From: Phoronis australis
Lineage: Eukaryota > Animalia > Phoronida
NCBI GenBank assembly: GCA_002633005.1
Contig: NMRA01000261.1
Span: forward strand, 1-64,000
Reading direction: 5' to 3'
DNA length: 64,000 nucleotides
Under the pieces are notes generated by a model. It ran no database searches, had not been told where the DNA came from, and saw only the letters and a list, made by a program, of their open reading frames with translations. Of the stretch, positions 11,301-23,300 are shown one piece after another (positions within the stretch are counted from its first letter, which is position 1; each line of letters starts with the position of its first letter). The translations under genes were made by a program, and so were the position numbers.

Positions 11301-14300
11301 GGGTTTTGGAGATGCCAGACGGATGAGGGTGACGACATAAAACACCAGGTGGGGCATAAAAATATTTCAAGGTTGATCGAGTTATAGATGTGGAGCTCTC
11401 GGACAGGCATCATAAGTTTTGAGCAGTCACTAACACAGAGTGACAAAGAGGTTAACAAGTCAGACAACAAACTCAGTTGAATGAGACAATAGTTATTTGA
11501 CAGGTGTTAGTGGTTTTCAACATCTGCAACTTTCTCTCATGGTTTATTACAAGAGGCTCACATCTACAAGGTTATTATCATGACTGCCAAAATTCTCCAT
11601 TCTAACATGAAAAGCCAAGACAACAGTGAACACCTCATTTCACATGCAGTTTACCAAACCACCACCCACAACAGTTTGAAAATGACAAAACATGCAAGCC
11701 TACTTAGTGAGTGAGGTCATCGTTGATTGTCTCATGCTTTGTACAACAGTCACAGCCTCCTCAACAATCTTGTGTAGAGGCAGACCATTGAGTGATCCAT
11801 GCGATGTCCTGATTCTGGTGATCACATGAATAACATCGGCCCTGCAGGAAATATAATGGTAAAACTGCGTGACACCACAAGTGCCCCAACAAGCAATAAG
11901 AAAACTGGTGAAGATTACAATAACAGGGACTATTTGAACAACTTGCATGGAACATTTTAACAGAAACCAGTGAATGCAAAATAGGGATCTGCATCAACAA
12001 CCTTCCCCAAGTCAAATTCAAAATCAAGAGGGAATATGAACTAAGCACCTTACAAATTTGAGGAATCACACAAGATTTGTGTGCTGACGGTTATTGTGAT
12101 CCTGACTTTGGATATATTTGACAAAATTAAGCTTTCTGCAGATGAAAATGTTTCTGGATGACATACATAAACACTGATCAGAACAATATGCACCTATCAT
12201 GTGCATCGCACTATAGCCCAGATACAACCATTGTTCCCACTAAATAGAGCAACGGCAATACCTTAAAATAGCCTTGAGGGGGTGCAAAGCAAGTCTGCAA
12301 CGCTCTCACTAACAACACACTTGTCACCCTTCATCATAATTCTTCACGCAGTTTGTAGGATAAAGAGCCAGGGAAAAAAGAACTAAAAGCCTATTTTCAA
12401 TGGTAACACCTGTAAATTTGGTTCCTACAGTATGTTAAGAGCATCGCTTTGAACTCACTAGTGCCATAAATTGCCAAATATAACAAGCTGTTAGGCATGC
12501 TTTTGTCTACGTCACTGCAAGAATCAAACATCTGCGAATAACACCCGCACGCAACGGTGTTCTATTCAGAACCCTATTCAATACAACCTTCTGTTGCTGG
12601 TGCTGGGATCTCATGGTGACGTAACATGGCACGAAAAGACAGCTTCACTTATCATTTGACAGGCTTACATTTGCATGATTGATCTCGCGTTTTCTTATTT
12701 TACTAAGGCTTTGCTAGGACTATCTCGTTAGCCCAATACATCGAAAATAACAACAAGAGCAACGCAGAGCGTTGAAATGCGCCCACAATTGCACCGTATA
12801 CGGTATCCTTCTAGGGTTGTTTATTGGTACCATAAAGTGGCCAGTAGAGGGCATATATGTAGTATGTTGTACTTTGCAAAATGGAAAGGCATGGTCATTG
12901 TCTCCTCAATAGGCTAGGGGCAAAATGTGAGTGATCTTCATAATACAAGCACATCCTATACATCAGTTGCTTAAAGCACCACAGAAACATAGAATTAAAA
13001 ACAAATTTACCAACATACGAGATTAGCACAGCATTAGAATGCCAGAAACAAATTTCTACTTGGAACTTTTCCTTCATAGTCACGAAGTAACACAAAGTAT
13101 ACACCNNNNNNNNNNNNNNNNNNNNNNNNNNNNNNNNNNNNNNNNNNNNNNNNNNNNNNNNNNNNNNNNNNNNNNNNNNNNNNNNNNNNNNNNNNNNNNN
13201 NNNNNNNNNNNNNNNNNNNNNNNNNNNNNNNNNNNNNNNNNNNNNNNNNNNNNNNNNNNNNNNNNNNNNNNNNNNNNNNNNNNNNNNNNNNNNNNNNNNN
13301 NNNNNNNNNNNNNNNNNNNNNNNNNNNNNNNNNNNNNNNNNNNNNNNNNNNNNNNNNNNNNNNNNNNNNNNNNNNNNNNNNNNNNNNNNNNNNNNNNNNN
13401 NNNNNNNNNNNNNNNNNNNNNNNNNNNNNNNNNNNNNNNNNNNNNNNNNNNNNNNNNNNNNNNNNNNNNNNNNNNNNNNNNNNNNNNNNNNNNNNNNNNN
13501 NNNNNNNNNNNNNNNNNNNNNNNNNNNNNNNNNNNNNNNNNNNNNNNNNNNNNNNNNNNNNNNNNNNNNNNNNNNNNNNNNNNNNNNNNNNNNNNNNNNN
13601 NNNNNNNNNNNNNNNNNNNNNNNNNNNNNNNNNNATCCGTTCAGGACTTTTGAAGATACAAAGGTAAGCGTAAAAAACTAAAATTGCCACTAGGGGGCAC
13701 ACCGGTAGTCGGATTCGTCCGAAAGTTCGCACATGCTGTCCCATTCATGAATGGAACATATGTGCCAAATTTCATGAACGTATGTCAAAGGGTTTTGGAG
13801 ATAAAGCAGCGGACGCCGGACGGACGCCGCCCGGACGGACGGACGGACGGACGGACGGACGGACGGAGATGACGGCATAATGCGTCCACATATAAATATG
13901 TGGGCGCATGAAAATCCATCGCTAGGGGGCACAATTAAAACAGACTTGTAACTCGTCAACATCCCTTGTTACCTTCAAATAAAAAATACACTTGCCAGAA
14001 TCAAGTAAGAAGTTGCAGAGAATTTAGGAGATACAGCCACAGACGCATAAAAGTAACTGCTAGTAGGTGGCGCAACAGTAGTCAGAGGCATTCGAGAATC
14101 CTTTTCAGTGATCCTCTTCCCAGTAGGAACATATATGCCGAATTTCATAGTCATTCTTAGAGTGGTTTGGCTAATAGAGAGGCTGACATAAAAAACAGAC
14201 TCAAAAACAGAAAAAAAGGTCACCAGGAGGCAAAAAATAAGTCAAATCCATCTGACAGCGGGAAGGCGGCATCATCTCCCTAATACATACATATATATGC

Positions 14301-17300
14301 CAAATTTCATGAAAATATTTTACAGAACTTTGAAGGTGTAGAGGCAAACATGAAAAACTAAACATGCCATTAAGGGGCACACAGAAAGTCATGTCCGTCC
14401 GAAAATTCACTTGTGCTGATCCATCCACGAAAGGAAAATGCCTGCAAAATTTCAGGAGCATCAACCCAGGGTTTTGGAGACACAGCAGTGGACACCGGAC
14501 AGGGAAAGACAGCATAATGCACACACAAATATGTGGGCCCTTAAAAAGAATAATGTTACAATGTACCTTGTGAAATCAGGAAATTGTTCCATCATACGGG
14601 TAACTAGTTTCTCAAAGCTACTTGACTTGGGTGTCTGCTTTGGCTCTGATTTAATACCCTTCTTCTTCTTCACACCAACTTGTTGCCACTCCAAATGCGA
14701 TTCTTCATCAACATTATCTAGCTCGTCATGCGATGTCTTCAAGGTCATTTCAAGGACACTGTCTCTCAAATTTATGGCCACATCAGCATCAAGGTCATTC
14801 TTTGCAGGCTTCGGCAGAATGTCGATGTCGCCTAAACGCCTAGGAAATGGCTTTCCTGGATAATTCAGAAAGTATTTGCAATGAAAAATAAATCTGTGAG
14901 TTGTTTCTAGACAGTGTTTATAGGTATAGAAAAGTTATGACAGGGAATTATCATTATTGATTTTGTCTAACTCAAAATCTTTCTTTTAACGTCAAAACAA
15001 CCTAACAGTCACTTACAGCTATGCCAATGACATAAACTTGATCAAAGCAGTCTGTGGCCAAAGTATACATTCGGAAACCCAATGGTCGTCCGCCTAAGCA
15101 TAAAACCGGCTTGTTGTCGTACTCACCCCGTTATTCCACTTCAAAGTTATGCTCTGAATAGGATTTGATTTAACTCTCACAAATATATAGTATTCGTTAA
15201 TTCAAAAGTTTTCTTTTATTTATGCCGAGTTGTTTCAACTACTTTTCGGCAGCCATTTTATAATGACACCTAAGGTCGTCATATGCTGCCGCCTTGTGAA
15301 AGAACAGAAAACCACGCAGAAAAATGCCAAGAAAATAGTGGAAAGTGGTTTATAACAATTCTAGTTCAACAACAAGCTGTTTTAATGGTATAAGATTGAT
15401 TAAAATTAGTTCAGCATTTCAGCATTGTTTTATTCCAGAAAGACACCTTACTTATTTTCTGATTGTGAACTCTTTATTTGACTTTTTGCTCTTGTTGTTC
15501 TTAACACCACTTATCTCTGCTGTCTTCCTTTTTTCTTTTCAGTTTTTCTTCATTCTCTGTTAACACCTTGCCAGCCAAAACAGAACTGTAACCCTTAAGA
15601 CTTGGTCGGCGGAAGTTGACCATTGAACCTTGATACAATTTTTCTAATAAGTTACCCAATGTCATATTGTTTGATTTTTTCTCACCTTTGACAGGCTTCT
15701 ATAATCACAAATAAATAAATACCCCAAGTTGCATTTTATTGCTCAATCTCTTCTTTTATTTTTAATTATGTCATGCTGTGTTGTATGTAACAATGCAATA
15801 AAGTGAAATAAATTCAATGTTTGAATTTATTGGTGGCCATTCTCTATCAGTTCAAGTATTTTAATTTTCTTCAAATAAATCCAAAATGCCTGAACCAAAA
15901 ATTTCGACATAAATTTTGAGCTTAGTAATGTGTTTTGCAATAAAAAACAAGAGGACAATATTTTGATAACCAATGCGTGGGCCGACACTGTTAAGCACTC
16001 AGCGTGTTGCATATGTCTGCTGCATTTTTCCTTTGGCTTAACAGGTGTCGATTAGTGCCTGGGACAAACAGATACATTACATAAACAATTCCTTGGTTGT
16101 TTTTCATTCCGTCTGAGGAAAATTTAATTTCGAAAATGTCTTCTGAAAATGAACAAAAAAGTGCATTAGTAAAATCTACAAGTTTTTAAGTGGTCTCAAA
16201 AAAACAGTCGGTAAATGCACCGATTTTCGTCTCGGTTCTTCGATGCGTTTCTCCCAAAAGGTTAGTACCTAACGAGCAAACGAGCACTCCAAATTGGAAC
16301 GCTAAGTCCCGCGTGGCTGCGCTTCACGCGAAAGATGGCGGACGACCACTGGAGCCTGGCGACGATAGGTATCCCAACGATACTAAAGACAATGTGTGTA
16401 CTAAGTTTGAACTGCAAACTATGCAAACGAAATCATGTGCCAGTCATCTTACCTGGTTTGTTTCCATAGCCACCAGAAAGTGTCATGACGTCCTTGTCCC
16501 TACCAGACACACAGTCTAGTTCCACTTCTTGCCCCTTCCTCATATCATCAACCATGACTTTCTTCTTTGATAACGAAGCCGTTTCCACTGGCTCAGTGTT
16601 GAAGGACAATCCAATAGTTGGCTGGGGAGCTTGTTGATGCTTCTTTTCTGCTTGCTTCAGGAAACTGGCTTTCTTATCTCGTCTTGAGCTTCTGTCTTTA
16701 GACCCAATAAGAATGTCACAAGCAGCACTTTGTACAGATTTTAAGTTAAAGCTGCTCCCTGAATGGCAAGAGCTTTTTGAGCCACAATTGTTGTTGTTCG
16801 ACTGAACATCACGGTCTGTAGACGCCACAAACTCATTTTCAGAACTACCATGGAGTACTTCTCCAGTCTGACCAAGCGACGATTTCTTGACAGTCTTGTT
16901 TACTCCAGCCTTCAAAACTGCCTCTATCTCCTGATGACTACTGAGTTTATAAAGTGCTGCTGGGGTAAAGACTGTTGATGTCTGTGCACCACGTGTATCA
17001 TGTGGAAATGCAAGATTAGAAGAAGGCACATCTACACTCTCTTCACCAAGCTTTGATATGGTTTCAAAGCCAGGTGCAGAGGCTGGGACACTAGTCGAGT
17101 TGATTTGGAACACATTGCTGCCAGTAGATGTATGCGAGATTGTTGACAAGATGGGCTTAGTTCTTGTGAGATTCACAGCTGACAAGCAAATTGTAGCTGG
17201 TGTTGCGTTGACAGCAGTCAGTCCTGAAGGACGAGAGATGTGTGTGGAGTTCACAAGGCCAGAAAGAGCTGACCGAGCAACACTCACAGGTGGCGCCGCT

Positions 17301-20300
17301 GGTGTAATACCAGTAAAGACACTCTGACTGGGAGATACTTGGATGAGCCTGTTGGCTGGTAGTACAGGGTTCCTGGAGTTGCCGGAGGACATCAGCTGAT
17401 ACTGCTGCATAGCCATCACATGTTGGTAAACAGCCATCTGCAGAAGCACTGGGTTAGAAGCCAGACTGGGATACAGTTGAGCCATCTGTCGCATGACTGT
17501 GTTAGCATCAAGGTTGGTAAGGCTTGAGGGTGGCACTGAAGAGACCATGGGTGAATAGGGCCAGTGGGTAGAGCCAGTTGAAGTGATTGGAGACACAACA
17601 GGGATCAGTGATGGTGACAAGTGGATGGAACTAGTTGGATTGACTACAGAAGAAGGGAGTGGGATGGATGAGGGAGGTAAGAGAGTGGAGCTAGATGGAG
17701 TGACCACCGAGGAAGGAAGTGGGATGAGTGAACGGGGTAAGTGAGTGGAGCTATATGGGGTCACCACAGAGGAAGGGAGTGGGGTCGGTAACGGAGATGT
17801 GCAGGTAGAGATAATTGGACTAACCACTGAGGAAGGGAGTGGGATGGGTAAGGGAGGCAAGAGGGTGGAGCTAATTGGATTAGCCACAGCAGAAGGGAGT
17901 GGGATGGGCGAGGGAGGCAAGCGAGTTGAGCTACCTCGAGTGACCACCGAAGAAGGAAGTAGGATGTGTGAGGGAGGCAAGCGGGTGGAGCTAGCTGGAG
18001 TGACCACGGAGGAAGGAAGTGGGATGAGTGAGGGAGATAAGTGGGTGGAGCTAAATGGAGTGACCACCGAGGAAGGAAGTGGGATGAGTGAGGGAGATAA
18101 GTGGGTGGAGCTAAATGGAGTGACCACCGAGGAAGGAAGTGGGATGAGTGATGGAGGCATGTGGGTGGAGCTAGCTTTAGTGACCACTGCGGAAGGGAGT
18201 GGGATGGGTAAGGGAGGCAAGTAGGTGGAGTTAGATGGTGTGACCACTGAAGAAGGGACTGGGGCTGGTGAGGAAGACAAGTGTATGAAGCCAGATGGAG
18301 AGACCGTCGAAGAGGCCGAGAAGCTGTTGAGTGAAGCAATGGGCAATGAGACACCCAAAGAAGAAACTGGGATGACCATAGGGGAAGAGTGAGCCGAGAT
18401 GGAAATTGGTGCAGGACCAGGATAGACGTCAGGCTTAGCATGCGAAGTGAAAATGGGTGGAGAGGTCATATAACTAGGGATGGAGTTCATTGCAATGTTC
18501 ATAGCAGGTGAGGGAGAGCTAGGAGCAACAATTGGAGAGGAAGTGAGCACAGGTCCACAAACTGATTGAGGACACACAGTAGCAGTCACTGAGGGATCAT
18601 GTACTGGTGCAGAATTAACATTGGTGTTGGTGATCGCTTTCCTAGGTAAGGCTGATTTTATTACTGATGCATCATTAACTGCAGCGCGAGTTACGGCCAC
18701 TTGAAAAGGTTTATCAAGTGGTCTGCTGTAATTGGAAGAAGCACTAAGAGACATCTTACTCCCTGTTTCGGTAAGTCTGTCAGTTGGTCCGCTGGAGCTG
18801 GATAATGCCCTCAGAGACGTTTTACCCTCTGTATCAGTTAGCCTGTCAGGTCCATTGCATTTGGATGAAGCAGCCAGAGACATCATCCCTTCTGTCACAG
18901 TCAGCCTGTCAGGTACATTGGAGCTAGATAAAGCACTCGGAGACGTCTTACTCTCCGTCTCAGTCAGCCTGTCAGGTACATTGGAGCTAGATAAAGCACT
19001 CGGAGACGTCTTACTCTCCGTCTCAGTCAGCCTGTCAGGTACATTGGAGCTAGATAAAGCACTCGGAGACGTCTTACTCTCCGTCTCAGTCAGCCTGTCA
19101 GGTACATTGGAGCTAGATAAAGCACTCGGAGACGTCTTACTCTCCGTCTCAGTCAGCCTGTCAGGTACATTGGAGCTAGATAAAGCACTCGGAGACGTCT
19201 TACTCTCCGTCTCAGTCAGCCTGTCAGGTACATTGGAGCTAGATAAAGCACTCGGAGACGTCTTACTCTCCGTCTCAGTCAGCCTGTCAGGTACATTGGA
19301 GCTAGATAAAGCACTCGGAGACGTCTTACTCTCCGTCTCAGTCAGCCTGTCAGGTACATTGGAGCTAGATAAAGCACTCGGAGACGTCTTACTCTCCGTC
19401 TCAGTCAGCCTGTCAGGTACATTGGAGCTAGATAAAGCACTCGGAGACGTCTTACTCTCCGTCTCAGTCAGCCTGTCAGGTACATTGGAGCTAGATAAAG
19501 CACTCGGAGACGTCTTACTCTCCGTCTCAGTCAGCCTGTCAGGTACATTGGAGCTAGATAAAGCACTCGGAGACGTCTTACTCTCCGTCTCAGTCAGCCT
19601 GTCAGGTACATTGGAGCTAGATAAAGCACTCGGAGACGTCTTACTCTCCGTCTCAGTCAGCCTGTCAGGTACATTGGAGCTAGATAAAGCACTCGGAGAC
19701 GTCTTACTCTCCGTCTCAGTCAGCCTGTCAGGTACATTGGAGCTAGATAAAGCACTCGGAGACGTCTTACTCTCCGTCTCAGTCAGCCTGTCAGGTACAT
19801 TGGAGCTAGATAAAGCACTCGGAGACGTCTTACTCTCCGTCTCAGTCAGCCTGTCAGGTACATTGGAGCTAGATAAAGCACTCGGAGACGTCTTACTCTC
19901 CGTCTCAGTCAGCCTGTCAGGTACATTGGAGCTAGATAAAGCACTCGGAGACGTCTTACTCTCCGTCTCAGTCAGCCTGTCAGGTACATTGGAGCTAGAT
20001 AAAGCACTCGGAGACGTCTTACTCTCCGTCTCAGTCAGCCTGTCAGGTACATTGGAGCTAGATAAAGCACTCGGAGACGTCTTACTCTCCGTCTCAGTCA
20101 GCCTGTCAGGTACATTGGAGCTAGATAAAGCACTCGGAGACGTCTTACTCTCCGTCTCAGTCAGCCTGTCAGGTACATTGGAGCTAGATAAAGCACTCGG
20201 AGACGTCTTACTCTCCGTCTCAGTCAGCCTGTCAGGTACATTGGAGCTAGATAAAGCACTCGGAGACGTCTTACTCTCCGTCTCAGTCAGCCTGTCAGGT

Positions 20301-23300
20301 ACATTGGAGCTAGATAAAGCACTCGGAGACGTCTTACTCTCCGTCTCAGTCAGCCTGTCAGGTACATTGGAGCTAGATAAAGCACTCGGAGACGTCTTAC
20401 TCTCCGTCTCAGTCAGCCTGTCAGGTACATTGGAGCTAGATAAAGCACTCGGAGACGTCTTACTCTCCGTCTCAGTCAGCCTGTCAGGTACATTNGACTC
20501 CACCAACTTCCTGATGGTCTCCATCTTACGCTCAATACTCATCAATGCCTGTCTGTGAACATCACCATTGCTAACACATCTAGAGTAGAAAGTAAAGGCA
20601 GTTCTCCATGTGCTTATGTGCAACCACAAAATGAAACTTAACCATTTCAAAATTTGCAACCCACACATTCTCATTGTATGCTTAGGTTACATAAGTTATT
20701 AACAAGAATAACATAAACGTAAAAACTTTAAAATCAACACAAGAACTGATCATCACATATCTCTCCTTAAGGCCTTGAAGACATGCAATTTACATGGTGT
20801 CATTATCACCACAGAAAGTTAACAATTAGATAATATGGTAAGTACAGTGTTTTTCTCTATTAATTCGTGCACTCTATTAGTTCGTATAGGACTCTTGAAA
20901 CATGCTGTTTGTCTCCAATAGTTCGTACAGTAAGCGACTGAGGAAAGAACAGTTCGTACACATATTTGCGTCAGAAAAAATAATTCGTTCAAGGTTTTTG
21001 GATCGGTAAAATTGAAATTTTCATTCTTATAAAAGAACGCAAATCAATAAGCGCCAATTCTATAGCAAAGAGCTCGAAAAGTTGTTTTTCTGATCGACAC
21101 TTTTGGCGACAGAAAATGTGGAAATAGCGATAAGATTTTCCAGTGTGTCAGAACCAAATAGCGGTAAAACTGTCATAACAGCGGATTTTCCCAACAAGAA
21201 TCTGTTATCCTCAAATTAGTACTACACGAATAAATTTATAATTAAAGTGTGGAGTAACAGTACTGTGCCGTTCCGTAGTGAGCCGATTCCGGTGACTCGT
21301 GCGCAGACGACAAATGACAGTACTCAAGTTTGATTGCAACTATTCTCAGCTGGCGAAGTGCGCCCGTGCAATCTTCACGTGTTGCAGAGGTTACATCATA
21401 AGGATTAAATTTATGGCCACAGTGGTCCCATGACATGAGTAGAACTATTGTAAAGTTCTGAGTTCAGAGAGCAATTAATGAGTTGTTTGACGAAATAAAT
21501 GTTTGAAAAACTAATTCAGGTGTTTTTATGGTTGGGAATGTTTATGTAGACTTCGCAACCCAATGAATTTTCAACGTAAGGTTTAGTGCGGTTGTCTTAT
21601 CTCGAATGCCCGGCACGGCTAAACTTCAGTTTCCATTGCGTGAAACACGCTACGTAATGAAGATAAGAATCAGAGGTAAGCGGACATGAGCCAGTAGTCA
21701 ATCAACAGTTACTGCAAGGGCATAACTCAACAGCAAGCATTTGCTTAATATTTTATGACTTTGACTCAGGATGAGTTTAAAGAACCCGTAGAGTGGGGGT
21801 CCTAGGGAAAAAATACTTCGTAAAGAAGGTGGTCGAGTGAAAAATAGTTCGTACACGTATCTTTGTCGGTAAAAATAACTTGTAAACAAATCGCCAATTA
21901 TTCGGGTAATCGGTAGCCACGGTAAATTAGTGACTAGCTCAAAATAGCAATGCCTACTCAGCGAGTACGTGCTAGTTCAGTGTCGGTTGTAATCAACTCG
22001 GTGCTAGACATTCGCGATCTGAAATTTGGAAATGCGAGCTGAGACTGGTCATTTCGTATCAAGTCACAATGTGCGACCTGGAAATTCCCAAGAACACGAG
22101 CTAGGCTAGCTTTTGGCAGCAAGTAGATATCTGGCACTTGTGTAAATCCGGCCGTTATTTGGTTGTTTCCAAATCAATTTGAACACTCAGCCCTCTTCAT
22201 TGAGTTGCAAACGTGTTGCGTGAACATGGATTATCTCTTTTGGATAAATTCAGAACCGATCTTTGACACGTTTCATTGGCTGGTGTTTTCAGCTACTTTT
22301 GCAAATTTTTGGATGAGCCAGCAAAAAATTTGGACCACGGCAAAAGTATGTGATCAATTAAAAACGTCACAGCGACGTTTCATTCACGAGTGACCAACTT
22401 ACCGAATTTGTGATGAAAAAAACTATTTTTCATGCAAACTGTCCTGATTAGCATACTACAATATACCCAACAACATCATCTCACTGCGGCACTGGTCAAA
22501 CTCCCTCAGTGTTTGAGCGCAATGTCCCAACAGACCATGACTTGGAAATACGTCTTTTTATGGCAAGACAGCAAACGCATTCTCCAGCCCTACTATCTTT
22601 CTGGGGCTCAGCACGCGCGTATGCATGAGTCACCTGTCACTCACATAATTTTTTATGTTGCTGTCAATGTAACATGCACTCCAGCAATTCAAGTGTGGAA
22701 ACATACACGCGCGCCACTTCAAAGTCGTACATCAAACAAGAATAGCGACAGTGCTAACTGAGATAGTATACCTGCCTCCCATTCAGTAACGCTAGGACCT
22801 CGCTAAAAAGCAAAACTTCGTGAGCACCGTGGAGTGTCCAAATGCACCCACATCTACACCACAAACAGTATGCTTCTAGGGGTGTTGATCATTACCAGAA
22901 AAATGGTCATTAGATGGCTCAGCAAACGTCAAACTCAACCAAAAATGAGAAGGCATAGAAAACTAATTGATATAAATTTTATAATCCATTAAGGAACGTG
23001 AAAAACAAATTGCCATTAGGATCGAGGTGAAACTGTAGTCTGATTCATCTATCTGTAGTCAAGTTAATAGGAATACACTAGTGAAACTTCCAAAAGATTT
23101 TGCAAGGGGTTTAGGAGATCCAGTTGCACAAAATGTCAATTATAGGGGCGGCATAATAGTTGACCCAATCAGACTAAAAAAGGCCACTAAATGGAGCAAC
23201 AAACATTGGATCCATCCGAAAATGGAACGTCCCCGTCTTTCTCTATAGAAACCTATTTAAGAAATTTCACGAAAATACTTCCATGAACTCTGAAGACACA

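Noticed and set aside
13034-13744. ORFs of 204 and 236 aa
   Set aside because: Artifacts of the N gap.
18899-20494. CRISPR-like array
   Set aside because: No unique spacers; it is a head-to-tail coding repeat in a eukaryotic exon.
18732-20558. 608-aa + strand ORF of LRR-looking repeats (ELDKALGDVLLSVSVSLSGTL); also ORF 27-230
   Set aside because: Antisense shadow of a stop-free 63-bp unit. The minus frame extends into unique sequence and has splice sites.
16433-20674. 1413-aa single ORF with a signal-peptide-like start (mucin-like)
   Set aside because: The start is intronic, upstream of the acceptor at 20580. The ORF crosses an N join and is internal to the E3 ligase gene.
20845-22425. Possible hAT-like non-autonomous element with aatagttcgtaca repeats
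   Set aside because: No convincing second TIR or TSD could be defined by eye.
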